Positions 26,233-36,216 of a DNA stretch of 64,000 nt are shown piece by piece. A model generated the notes under the pieces. It ran no database searches and had not been told where the DNA came from. It saw nothing but the letters and a program-made list of their open reading frames with translations. Every line of letters starts with the position of its first letter. Within the stretch, counting starts at the first letter, position 1. Location: assembly GCA_965261085.1 (NCBI GenBank), contig OZ253442.1:640001-704000 (forward strand), in the 5' to 3' direction. The translations under genes and the position numbers were made by a program. The DNA is from a bacterium (GTDB lineage Bacteria > UBA8248).

Positions 26233-26937
26233 CTACCATGGCATGAGATTTCTGTCCTGAAAATACCCTCCTGTAGGGCCATCCTTCGGTAATAAAGCGA
26301 GCCATACAGGAGTGTCGGCTCCTTCATCAATTGACTTTGAGGCGCCCCGACCACCCATGTCGGTTCTCACCCATCCGGGATGGCAACAATTAACCAGCAC
26401 TCCGGTTCCCCGAAATTCACTCGCGAGAACTTTCGTCATCGCATTCAGCGCGGTTTTAGTGATTCTGTATGCGGGAGACCCTCCTCCCATGTTAGTGAGA
26501 GAGCCCATACCGCTTGAGACGTTCACGATTCTACCGGCTGAACTTTTCTTGAGAAGAGGCGCCAAGTTTTGGCACATCATAAGAGGGCCGTAGAGGTTGG
26601 TTTCCATCATTTCGCGGACGATCTCGATGGGAACGTCCATCCCCATCATTCCTGCATCTTTTCTAATGGCTGCGTTGTTGATTAAAATATCCAGGCGACC
26701 GAATTCTTGAGTCAAAAACCCGGCTAAAGAATCAATGCTATCGCGATTGGCAACATCCAATGAGTGGAATATGGTTTCCAGTCCCTCTTTGTGTAGTTGC
26801 TCTTTAGCGCTTGCACCTCTGGATGTATCTCGCGCCGTCAGGATCGTTCGTATTCCCTGCTTTGCAAGTGCTCGGCAAATTCCAAAACCGATGCCTTTGT
26901 TGCCGCCCGTTACGACGGCGATTTTTTCTTCAGGCAA
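26233..26937 (-). CDS. SDR family oxidoreductase (carbonyl-reductase-like)
   Basis: TGGNKGIG, NNAA, YRITK, HPGWVRTDMGG. Confidence 0.92.
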   Translation of the reverse strand: MPEEKIAVVTGGNKGIGFGICRALAKQGIRTILTARDTSRGASAKEQLHKEGLETIFHSLDVANRDSIDSLAGFLTQEFGRLDILINNAAIRKDAGMMGMDVPIEIVREMMETNLYGPLMMCQNLAPLLKKSSAGRIVNVSSGMGSLTNMGGGSPAYRITKTALNAMTKVLASEFRGTGVLVNCCHPGWVRTDMGGRGASKSIDEGADTPVWLALLPKDGPTGGYFQDRNLMPW

Positions 26938-27041
26938 TTCTCATCTCCTTTGTCTATAAGTTTCACTGGGTGATTTTAACTGAATTCATGTGTTTCACCA
27001 GTGTGCTCGGGGAATGATTCTGGAATCAATTCAACTCCCTG

Positions 27042-27818
27042 TTGTATCATGGAGGGGAATCGCCTCGTACTCTAAGTATGTCGAAGAACGTGCATTGGAA
27101 AAAACAATTGAATTCAATTCACCTGATCCTGTTCGATGTAGATGGAACGCTGCTTCTAAGCGGAGGCGCAGGGGCAAGAGCGTTGAATATCGCTTTTGAG
27201 CACATATACAGGATACCCAACGCGATGCGTCATGTTGAGCCGCACGGCAAGACGGATGAACTCATCGTACAGGAAATGTTTCATTCTCACCTTGGACGTT
27301 GCGGGAGCGAGTTTGAGATGAAAGTTCTTTTGGAGAAATATCTAGAAATCTTACCCGGCACAGTTATGGATTCCAAGAACTTTCATCTGATGCCGGGAAT
27401 CCCAGATTTGCTTTCGTATCTGAAGAGTCGAGAAGACGTATTCATGGGGTTGGGGACGGGAAATATCGAGGAGGGTGCGCGAATCAAACTCTCGCGTGGT
27501 GGGCTGAATCAGTTTTTTTCGTTCGGAGGGTTCGGATCCGATTCTGGAGACAGGGCGGAATTGCTGGAAGCAGGATTTCTGCGAGGCGAGGCGATCATTC
27601 AAAAGGAATTCCCGCGTAGATCCATTTCTCGTTGGGTGATAGGCGATACATGGCGCGATGTAACGGCGGGTCGCGCATGTGGAGCGAAGACGATGGCTGT
27701 GGCTACCGGCGGTGATTCTCTTTATGAGTTGGCGAACGCCTCTCCGGATTTTCTTTTTGCCACTTTGGAGGATAAGGAGAGGTTTTGTGAAATTTTGGAT
27801 GTGGGTGTTAGAGCATGA
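27042..27818 (+). CDS. HAD-family hydrolase (start probably later, e.g. 27078)
   Basis: LFDVDGTL, GKTD, TGN, GGFGSD, IGDT.RD. Confidence 0.88.
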   Translation: MYHGGESPRTLSMSKNVHWKKQLNSIHLILFDVDGTLLLSGGAGARALNIAFEHIYRIPNAMRHVEPHGKTDELIVQEMFHSHLGRCGSEFEMKVLLEKYLEILPGTVMDSKNFHLMPGIPDLLSYLKSREDVFMGLGTGNIEEGARIKLSRGGLNQFFSFGGFGSDSGDRAELLEAGFLRGEAIIQKEFPRRSISRWVIGDTWRDVTAGRACGAKTMAVATGGDSLYELANASPDFLFATLEDKERFCEILDVGVRA

Positions 27819-28498
27819 GCGAATCGTTGTATCCGGTTACGCCAAGTGAAATTTCCCATGTCTATCGGCTAATCCCCACATGGACGAAAGGAGAACTCGC
27901 GGATTTATCCGAGCCGCAATTGGAAAGAACAGGTACGCAAGAATGGGCGCGTTGGTCTCCAAGGAGGCAGCTTAGCCACATGGCCTACATCACGACGAGG
28001 TGGTTCATGGTTCTCTACGGTGCCACTCGCCTACCCTGGTCGACTGTAGATATGAGTCAGTTCAGCACGTTTATCAATACGCGGGATGATGATCGTCGTT
28101 TTTCCTCGGAACGATACGGGAATATCGAGTGGTTACATTTGCGGTTTTCCGAGGCATGCGAAGCAGCGGCGGCTCAAATTGAAAAGAGGGTGGGAGAGAA
28201 TTTAGCGAATAAATCGTTGTTGTTCGTATTTACGGAATCATCTGTCGTGGGTGTGAGTGAGGAACGTTCGGTTGATTTGTGGAATCGCTGCAAGGAATGC
28301 CATCCAGATGGATTAACGATTGATTCTGACCACGCACATGGATTTCGAATGACACCTTCGGCGACTTTGCGTCATGTGCTCTGGGACGATTTGATTCACT
28401 TGCGCTCCATCAGGCTTCATCGTGAAGCCTTGGGCTTGTCGCCTGTTTATCCCGATGTTCCCGTGGGCGGTTATGCCTCCGCGTATCCAGTTTCTTGA
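27815..28498 (+). CDS. DinB-like family protein
   Basis: WSPRRQLSHM ... LRHVLWDDLIHL. Confidence 0.6.
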   Translation: MSESLYPVTPSEISHVYRLIPTWTKGELADLSEPQLERTGTQEWARWSPRRQLSHMAYITTRWFMVLYGATRLPWSTVDMSQFSTFINTRDDDRRFSSERYGNIEWLHLRFSEACEAAAAQIEKRVGENLANKSLLFVFTESSVVGVSEERSVDLWNRCKECHPDGLTIDSDHAHGFRMTPSATLRHVLWDDLIHLRSIRLHREALGLSPVYPDVPVGGYASAYPVS

Positions 28499-29001
28499 TG
28501 AGAATCCCGAATCCATCTCGAGTGAATTTCCTTTTTTGGTTTGTGTTCATCGCTTTTGCATCCACGGCGGGTGCGCTTTTATTCTTCTCGCAACCACTAT
28601 TTCTTTACAAAACAGGCGTTAAAGTATCTTTGATGGCAGAAGCAAAAAAATTGAGAGGAATGCCTCCGGAAGACATCACAAGGAATATCGGCCGTATTCT
28701 CAAGAATTATTTGGATGCTTCAAAGCACACCAGCCGTGCGGATGTTCGCGTATCCGAGATAGACCGTGAGAGGTTGTCTATTAACATTCTGTTGCCATGG
28801 GCAGAGGTGAGCGCAAAAAAAAGAAGACAAAGGGCAGAGTTAGTCTGTCGTCTAGGTGGTGAAATGCTTGAAAATGCGGGAGCAAAAAACGCAATTTTAC
28901 TGGTGAATCTCCTGCGTATGGCTAGAGACTTAAAAACCAGCGAGCCTGTGGGTGCGGTGGTCTATTCTTCACAAGACAAAAGATGTACGTGGAAAGGATA
29001 G
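28495..29001 (+). CDS. hypothetical membrane-anchored protein
   Basis: N-terminal TM helix; overlaps upstream stop. Confidence 0.6.
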   Translation: MMRIPNPSRVNFLFWFVFIAFASTAGALLFFSQPLFLYKTGVKVSLMAEAKKLRGMPPEDITRNIGRILKNYLDASKHTSRADVRVSEIDRERLSINILLPWAEVSAKKRRQRAELVCRLGGEMLENAGAKNAILLVNLLRMARDLKTSEPVGAVVYSSQDKRCTWKG

Positions 29002-29126
29002 CTTTTTCAAAAAACTGGACCATTTTTTAGGCAAAAAACTACAAATGCCAGTGCCTTTTCTTCATTGAGCATTCTTTCTGCTAGACTGAACACATATGGT
29101 TTATTTCTAAGGTTCAACCAGGAGAG

Positions 29127-30032
29127 GTGGCTATGACTCTTGAAACTGTTGCCATTATCAGCCCAGGAGATATGGGGCATGCGGTGGGTCAAATGCTGGG
29201 TTTGCATGGGATGGAAGTGGTGACTTGTCTCGCGAATAGAAGCGAGAGGACGAAGCGCTTGGCGGCTGAAGGGGGTATTAAAGATTGCCCGACAATGGCT
29301 GAAATGTTGGAGCGCGCGGATCTCGTTTTATCCATTGTGCCTCCAGGTTTGGCCGCTCGTGTGGCGGGTGAAGTGGTGGAATCTATGACGGTCTCCGGTT
29401 TTTATCCGCCATATGCCGACTGTAATGCCGTGTCGCCGGAAACAGCAAAAACTATGGCTAAGAGAATTTCTAATGCCGGGGCGGATTTTATCGATGGAGG
29501 GATTTTGGGCCCCCCTCCGCGTGAGGGGGGAAACTCGACCAGGTTTTACTTTAGCGGCGATCGGGCGGAGCTGCTATCCGAATTGGATGGAAAAGGGATC
29601 GTGGTCCGCTTGCTTGGGCCAGAGGTTGGCCGGGCTTCTGGAATCAAGATGTGTTACGCCGCCCTCACTAAGGGAACCCATGCTCTTCAAACCGCGGTCA
29701 TTACTCTGGCCGAAGCGCTTGGCCTCACGCAGGAAGTGAGTCATGAGTTCCAAACAAGCCAAAAGGCTTATTATCAACAAATGAACTCAAGCGCCCCCCG
29801 TCTTCCCGTTGTGGCGTGGCGGTATATCGATGAGATGAAACAAATTGCGCAAACCTTTGAGGCCGCCGGCGTCACTCCGAAGTTTCATCAAGGAGCAGCG
29901 GCTATCTATTCCCACCTCGCGACGACGCCTTTAGCGGAACAAAATTTAGAGACCATGAACAAGAACTTATCTCCACAACAAGCGGCGGCGGTGTATGCAG
30001 AGCACTTGCCGATGAAAATGGACGATGTTTGA
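29127..30032 (+). CDS. NAD(P)-dependent oxidoreductase, 6PGD/3-hydroxyisobutyrate dehydrogenase-like (DUF1932 type)
   Basis: ISPGDMG, DCNAVSP, DGGILG, ASGIKMCYAALTKG, AWRYIDEM. Confidence 0.85.
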   Translation: MAMTLETVAIISPGDMGHAVGQMLGLHGMEVVTCLANRSERTKRLAAEGGIKDCPTMAEMLERADLVLSIVPPGLAARVAGEVVESMTVSGFYPPYADCNAVSPETAKTMAKRISNAGADFIDGGILGPPPREGGNSTRFYFSGDRAELLSELDGKGIVVRLLGPEVGRASGIKMCYAALTKGTHALQTAVITLAEALGLTQEVSHEFQTSQKAYYQQMNSSAPRLPVVAWRYIDEMKQIAQTFEAAGVTPKFHQGAAAIYSHLATTPLAEQNLETMNKNLSPQQAAAVYAEHLPMKMDDV

Positions 30033-30049
30033 TGATTTAAGGAAATGAC

Positions 30050-30721
30050 ATGCCAGAAGACCTATCTACTCCGGGGCTGGAGGTTTTTCGAGAATATAGA
30101 AATTTGGCGGATTTGTTTCGAGAAGAAACGGATGGGCTTCCTGGGGAATTGTATGGGTTGATATTGTCCGAGAAAAGTTGGGGAGCTTGGTCCATCAAAG
30201 AGCAAATCAGCCATACAGCATGGATCCCCTATCTTTTTTTCCTGGAATTTTGGCCGCCTTTTTTGTATCCGGACTCTTTGCCGCGGGATAAATCTTTAGT
30301 GGATACAGGTGGGGCGGACAGGATGTTGGATCCCGCTCGATTTCCCGAGATGTCCGATGTAATGACTGCGCTTGATGATGCCTATGCTTTGTGTCGAGAG
30401 GTTTTATCAAAAGAAACGCTTGCCACACTAAAAAACAAGGAATTGCCCAGGAAGTATTCACCAGACAGAACGTGGGCAAACGGTGAGCGGGTGATTGATT
30501 ATTTTCAAAATCTCGTTTTGCCTGCTCATGAGAGGGGTTTTCGTAAAGACGAGAACGATCCTTATTTGTATTACCAAACGCTTGAGTGCACGTTTCGCCA
30601 CATATTGTGGGAATCCTATGTGCACCTAATCACCATCCAGGAGTTCAAGCGGTTCCAGGGTTTGCCGATTCCCAGGAACGTGCCGAGGGATGGGTATGCC
30701 GCGATGCTCACTTGGGAATAA
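30050..30721 (+). CDS. DinB-like family protein, related to 27815-28498
   Basis: WSIKEQISH ... FRHILWESYVHL. Confidence 0.6.
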   Translation: MPEDLSTPGLEVFREYRNLADLFREETDGLPGELYGLILSEKSWGAWSIKEQISHTAWIPYLFFLEFWPPFLYPDSLPRDKSLVDTGGADRMLDPARFPEMSDVMTALDDAYALCREVLSKETLATLKNKELPRKYSPDRTWANGERVIDYFQNLVLPAHERGFRKDENDPYLYYQTLECTFRHILWESYVHLITIQEFKRFQGLPIPRNVPRDGYAAMLTWE

Positions 30722-30800
30722 GTGCAGTCATTCTCTGATGTTGTTTTCGCTTTCATGGTTGTTGAATTTTCCAAGTCGCTAATCATCCTGAAGCAGGAGG

Positions 30801-32672
30801 TTGCTCATGAAAACCCTTCGCCGGGGGATTGGTGCACTGCGAGAGTATTTTTATGGTGAAGATATTGGTCAGGCGCAGATAGAGCCTGAAGACCCGATCG
30901 TAGTAGGCAGAATGGGTAAGTGGCGTATTACCTATAAAGTTGGCGCGCGTGGAATGAGCCGCGGAGGGGGTCTTCGCTTCACACCGCCCAACGGGTTCAC
31001 TACACCCCAATTTGAAGATATGACGGAGCCGGGATATTGCAAGTTCCGATGTTCGAACGAGAATGTCTCTTTGGTTCCTTCATTGATTGAGCCCGTGCTC
31101 GGCTATACTTTTCTGCCGGCCAGCCTGGATTTGAAGATTCAGGATTCTTCTTTGATCAAGAGTGATTTCATTGAAATCGTATATGGCTGGACACCATCCG
31201 GTATCCCCGGCGTACAAGCGCAATTCTTGGCTATGCCCGTGGAGTTTACCTTATCCATAGACTCCAGCGGTAAGGGTGATTGGGAGCTTCTTCCAAATCC
31301 GCCGAGATTTGATGTGGTGCCCGAGGAGGCATCCTTTCTTTGGGTGACGGCGCCAGCACAAGTAGTCGCGGGACAGAGCTTTTCCGTCCGGGCTGTGGTG
31401 CGAGATTGTTTCCACAATGTGGCGACAACAGCGTCATCCATTCCGCAGCTTCAATTACCAGACAATAAAACTATTTCTTTTCGTCAGGAATCGCCTGGAG
31501 TTTATGTTTGCGAAAACGTGGCGCTACATGCGAAGGGCGTTCATCGGCTAAAGGTTTTGGCGGATGGATTAACAGCCGCTCATACACCACCGATCCAGGT
31601 GTTGGATGAAGCCCCAGAACACGCACTTCTTTATGGAGACCCGCATTGTATGAGCGGGTTGTGCGTGGGGGAGTATCCGAGACCATCTACGGCGCGTGAA
31701 ATCGTGGAGTACGTCCACGCCTATGCGCGGGATTGCGCAGGCGTGGATTTCGCCGCCTGCACCTCTTTGGCCATGCGAATGGATGAGGTGCAATGGAAAG
31801 AAGTTACTGATGTGGCGAATCGGTTTTCAGAGGCGGGGAGATACGTGGCGCTTCCCGCGTATGAATGGTTTGGCATGCTCGAGCAAGATGGGAACAAAAA
31901 CGTCTATTTCTTGGATGATCAAGATATCCCGAAACTGGATTCCCGCAACCCGGACTCCGATCACCCGGAAAAACTCTGGAAACAACTCGAAAGATTCGAG
32001 GGCCGAGCGCTCACGATTCCCCATCATTCGGTGAGCGCTGTGATTGGCACGCGCTGGCGCTGGCACGATCCGAGATTTCAACGACTTGTCGAAATATATT
32101 CCTGTTGGGGGAACTCCGAAGCCAATGGCTGTGAAAGGCCTTTGGTAAATCCGGCGCGTTATGAAGAGCAAAGCGTGCAGGATGCGCTTGAGAAAGGATA
32201 CCGCTTGGGCATTATCGCCGGCTCGGATACGCATACTTCTCAGCCTGGGTTTTCGAATCGCTTACGGCTCAAAAATGCATGGAAAGGAGGACTGGCCTGT
32301 GTATGGGCAGAAACCTTTGATCGAGAAGGTATATTCAGGGCCCTTTGGGAACGGCGTTGCTACGGCACGACGGGAGCCCGAATTATATTGGAGTTTTTCC
32401 TGAACGACGCGCCTATGGGCTCAGAGATCAAATTGGATAAATACGCCGAGAGAAAACTTCAAGTTCGAGCTGAAACCTGCTCCCCGGTTGATAAGGTTGT
32501 TATCATCAAGAATGCGAGAGAAATTCATATAGATAGGCCGGGGTGGGAGTCGGTCTCTTTTGAGTGGGTCGATTCAAGCGGAATGGAGCGAGAATCGGAT
32601 TATTATTATGTCCGCCTGATACAAGACGATGGGGAAATCGCTTGGTCGAGTCCTATTTGGGTGGATGCCTAG
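30801..32672 (+). CDS. DUF3604 / PHP-like metallohydrolase
   Basis: YGDPHC, AYEW, LTIPHH, LVEIYSCWG, GIIAGSDTH, RRCYGTTGARI, AWSSPIW. Confidence 0.78.
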   Translation: MLMKTLRRGIGALREYFYGEDIGQAQIEPEDPIVVGRMGKWRITYKVGARGMSRGGGLRFTPPNGFTTPQFEDMTEPGYCKFRCSNENVSLVPSLIEPVLGYTFLPASLDLKIQDSSLIKSDFIEIVYGWTPSGIPGVQAQFLAMPVEFTLSIDSSGKGDWELLPNPPRFDVVPEEASFLWVTAPAQVVAGQSFSVRAVVRDCFHNVATTASSIPQLQLPDNKTISFRQESPGVYVCENVALHAKGVHRLKVLADGLTAAHTPPIQVLDEAPEHALLYGDPHCMSGLCVGEYPRPSTAREIVEYVHAYARDCAGVDFAACTSLAMRMDEVQWKEVTDVANRFSEAGRYVALPAYEWFGMLEQDGNKNVYFLDDQDIPKLDSRNPDSDHPEKLWKQLERFEGRALTIPHHSVSAVIGTRWRWHDPRFQRLVEIYSCWGNSEANGCERPLVNPARYEEQSVQDALEKGYRLGIIAGSDTHTSQPGFSNRLRLKNAWKGGLACVWAETFDREGIFRALWERRCYGTTGARIILEFFLNDAPMGSEIKLDKYAERKLQVRAETCSPVDKVVIIKNAREIHIDRPGWESVSFEWVDSSGMERESDYYYVRLIQDDGEIAWSSPIWVDA

Positions 32673-32675
32673 GGA

Positions 32676-33861
32676 GTGAGCGTGTCGCAAGAAACAGCGG
32701 ATGCCGTCGTAATCGGTGGTGGTGTGATGGGATGCTCCATCGCCTATCAGTTGGCGAAACGAGGATTTGGAAAAATTATCCTATGTGAGCGTGATGGCAT
32801 CGCGTCAGGTTCCACGGGCGGATCCTCGGCCCTTATTCGCATGCACTATTCCAATAAAAGCACCATTCAGATGGCCTGGCGGTCTCTGTTGGCGTTTGAG
32901 GAATTCGAGGAGTTTTCAGAGGGTGGACAGGCAGGTTTCATGTAAATCGGATATTTGGTGCTGGCTAATGTTTTTCTTCGTGATGGCGTGAGAAAGAATG
33001 TGGAACTTGCGCAATCTCTCGGAGTAGAAACACGCTGGATTGGAAAAGAAGAAATTTCTCTACGCCCCATGGGCCAAGCTGGATGATGTCGTAGGCGCGG
33101 CTTACGAGCCCAGGAGCGGGTATGCGGATCCCCATGGGGTTACTTCCGGGTTCGCGGAAGGCGCTAAGAAACATGGTGCACAGATTCGACAAAATTGCCC
33201 CGTAATCGGGATGGATTTCGATGGTCCAGGGCAGGCTCGGGTAGAGACTTCACGGGATGTCATCGAGTGTCCAGTCGTTGTGAACGCCACGGGTGCTTGG
33301 GTGAACAAGGTGGCCGCTCTGAGCGGGCACCGATTTCCGGCGCAGGCCATCAGAGAGCAAGACACGGTTTTTGATGCCGTGGGAAGAAATGGTGAGAGTG
33401 TGGATATCGTCGTCTATGATGGACCAACGCGCCTATATTATCGCCCGGAAGGGCGAGATTTGCTCCTCATTGGTCGTGACAACATAGAGCCCGAGTATGT
33501 CGATCCGGATAATTTCAATAAAAAGGAAGACATGGATTTTGTGCTTGATGTTCTGGAGAGGATGCAAAAGCGTTGGCCGGATTTTGAAAATGCGAAACTT
33601 TTCCGGGGCTGGGGCTGTTTGTACTGCATTACGCCTGATTGGATGCCCATTCTGGATCGTCATCCCGAAATGTCAGGTTACTACATATGCACGGGCATGA
33701 GCGGCCATGGCTTCAAATTGGCGCCGGTCGTGGGTGAGATGATGGCAGAGTTGATTATGACGGGAAGTTGCGAGGAGCCAGACATAAGGGATTATCGCCT
33801 GGCGCGTTTTCATGAAGGGGATTTGATGCAAAGTGTTTTCGGAACAGGGTTTCAGGGCTGA
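32676..33861 (+). pseudogene. FAD-dependent oxidoreductase (sarcosine oxidase beta/DadA family), disrupted
   Basis: IGGGVMG N-terminus; in-frame TAA 32943-32945; frameshift near 33055; C-terminal TPDWMPIL and GHGFKLAP. Confidence 0.85.
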
Positions 33862-33864
33862 AAA

Positions 33865-34644
33865 CTAGTAATTGGGTCTGGGGTACACTTCAATATAAGG
33901 GAATATTTTTTCCATATTCTCTTTTAAGCCAAAAAAGATGGGCCCTTCAGCTTTTTCGCCATTCGCGAGTTTTTGCAGATTAAGAGTGCGGCCATCAGGA
34001 TGATATGCGCCTCCTCCCACTTCCTGTAATATGGCGAGGGGGCCTAAGATATCCCAGATTTGGGGCCTATCGACCAATGCGGCGATGACGCCTCCGGTAG
34101 CTGCATAAGCCACGTGTGCGGAAGCGCTTCCATAGGCGACGGATTTTCCTGGGAAATCCAGCTTGTAAAAACGTTTTCGAGACGAAGGACCGAGCATCAC
34201 GGTTTGGTTGGTTATTTCCATGTCCATCAAGTTTGGAAGTATTTTCCCGTTTCTGGTGGCCCCTTCCCCTTCGAGGGCAAGAAACATTTCATCCACGATG
34301 GGCATGTAGAATCCTCCGCCGATGGGCTTTCCGTTTTCCATGACACCGATGGATACGCCCCAGGTAGGAAGGCCATGCAGAAATGGGTTTGTTCCATCAA
34401 TGGGGTCAACCGCCCAGAGACGCGGGTGCTTTTGGGATCGTGTTTCTCCGCCTCCGAGTTCTTCTCCGATTACGTTGTCGTTTGGGAACGATATCTTTAG
34501 GCAGGATAGAATGAATTTTTCTACTTCAAAGTCAGCCTCGCTCACCAAGCTCCTGTCTGGTTTTTGAACGCCTTTTGCATTGTTTGTGAACGATAAAGCC
34601 AGTTTGCCCGCATCTTGAAGGGTTTTTTCTATGAATTTAATCAT
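33865..34644 (-). CDS. inositol monophosphatase family protein
   Basis: VSEAD, IGEE, WAVDPIDGTNPF, IWD. Confidence 0.9.
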   Translation of the reverse strand: MIKFIEKTLQDAGKLALSFTNNAKGVQKPDRSLVSEADFEVEKFILSCLKISFPNDNVIGEELGGGETRSQKHPRLWAVDPIDGTNPFLHGLPTWGVSIGVMENGKPIGGGFYMPIVDEMFLALEGEGATRNGKILPNLMDMEITNQTVMLGPSSRKRFYKLDFPGKSVAYGSASAHVAYAATGGVIAALVDRPQIWDILGPLAILQEVGGGAYHPDGRTLNLQKLANGEKAEGPIFFGLKENMEKIFPYIEVYPRPNY

Positions 34645-34791
34645 GGAAGCACCAAATATTCCCCTTGCATTGAGCGTGGATCCATCGCTTGGGGGTCAAC
34701 CTATCTTGTGGAGTGAAAACTTTCCAGCCCTCTGGAGAAATCTGCCCAATCTATAAACGCGGCACCCAATTTATTTTGATTAGGATAAGAT

Positions 34792-36204
34792 TTGCGCATG
34801 GCTCGCTCGCTAACGGAAACAAAAAGATATGATTACACCAAAGGCCCCATCGGGCGAGGTTTGGTGGTTCTGTCCCTGCCGATATTCTCGGAACTGATAT
34901 CTTGGAACGTAGATACCATCGTTGAAATTTACTGGGTAGGTCGGTTGGGAGCAGATGCGCTCGGAGCGATGTCGCTAGGATTCATGATCCCCATGATGGT
35001 GAGAGCGGTGGGCATGGGAATTCGCGTAGCTGGCCAAGCGCTGGTTGCGCAAAGGATTGGCGCAAATGACGAAGAGGGAGCCGCTCTTGTTGCTGGCCAG
35101 TGTATTTTGCTTCAAACGTTCTTTTTCATTCCCTTATGCGGCGCAGGATATGTTTTCTCGCCTTATTTAATAGGATGGATGACGTCTGATCCGAGGCTTT
35201 TGTATTTGTCGGCGATTTATCTCCGAGCCGGGTTTCTCATGCTTTTGTTTATTGACGGTATCTTCACCCTTGCAAATATATTCCGGGGCGCCGGTGAACC
35301 AAAGTATTCGCTTTTCGCGATGATTATGAATTCAGGCGTTACATTCATCGCGATGCCCGCTTTTATCTTTGGCTTCGGACTGATTCCCCCGTTGCACCTG
35401 GCCGGCGCGAATCTCGGTTTAGGGGTAGGCAGGCTGGCAGGGTGCGTCGTGATGTTAATCATTCTTTTCAAGGGGAATGCCAGAATACACTTAAAATGGC
35501 GTCATCTTGTTCCGCGCTCGTTGGAGATGAAGCGGATATTAGAATTAGGGTGGCCAGCTTGGGGGCAAATGTTTTTTGAGAGAGGCGCCAATTTGGTATT
35601 GGTCTGGATGCTAGCTCCTTTTGGCGCGCTGGCCCTTGCGGCGTGGGGTCTCGGCAGTCGTGTCAGCAACATGGGAAGAATGCCCGGGTTTTCTCTTCAA
35701 GGCGCAGTTCGGACAATGGTGGGCCAAAACATCGGCGCGAGAAAGCCAGAGCGCGCCATACGCAGCGCTTGGGTGACGGTGGGGGCGGTTGTTTCTATCA
35801 TGGTTGTTGTCATCATGGGTATTAGTGTTTGGAGCAAAGAAATCGTTACTTTTTTCGGTGCGAAAGGCGTTGCTTTGCCCCACGCAGTTATTTGTTTGCA
35901 AATCTTATGCGTAGGCCTTGGATTTGAGGCCACAAGACGTGTAATAGCGGGAATATTTGAAGGGGCATCATCTACTAGGCCTCCGATGATCGTTGAAGCA
36001 ATCGTTCGCTGGGTGGTGCAATTGCCAGGTGCCTATATTTTGGCGGTTTGGATGGGATTCCGGGAGTTGGGAATTTGGTGGGCGGTGGCGGCGAGTCAGA
36101 TCATCGGCGGCGTGGCGTTGTTCTTATGGTTTGCGATTGGCTGGCGGCGGCGAGTAGGAAATTTAGCCCCCAAAGGGCAAGCCATGAGCACTATTAAAGC
36201 TTGA
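34792..36204 (+). CDS. MATE family efflux transporter
   Basis: ~12 TM; DYTKGPI, VGRLGADALGA, MVGQNIGA. Confidence 0.92.
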   Translation: MRMARSLTETKRYDYTKGPIGRGLVVLSLPIFSELISWNVDTIVEIYWVGRLGADALGAMSLGFMIPMMVRAVGMGIRVAGQALVAQRIGANDEEGAALVAGQCILLQTFFFIPLCGAGYVFSPYLIGWMTSDPRLLYLSAIYLRAGFLMLLFIDGIFTLANIFRGAGEPKYSLFAMIMNSGVTFIAMPAFIFGFGLIPPLHLAGANLGLGVGRLAGCVVMLIILFKGNARIHLKWRHLVPRSLEMKRILELGWPAWGQMFFERGANLVLVWMLAPFGALALAAWGLGSRVSNMGRMPGFSLQGAVRTMVGQNIGARKPERAIRSAWVTVGAVVSIMVVVIMGISVWSKEIVTFFGAKGVALPHAVICLQILCVGLGFEATRRVIAGIFEGASSTRPPMIVEAIVRWVVQLPGAYILAVWMGFRELGIWWAVAASQIIGGVALFLWFAIGWRRRVGNLAPKGQAMSTIKA

Positions 36205-36216
36205 GTTCCATTCCTT

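Noticed and set aside
32943-32945. Recoded stop in the FAD oxidoreductase
   Set aside because: It is TAA rather than TGA/TAG and is followed by an independent frameshift
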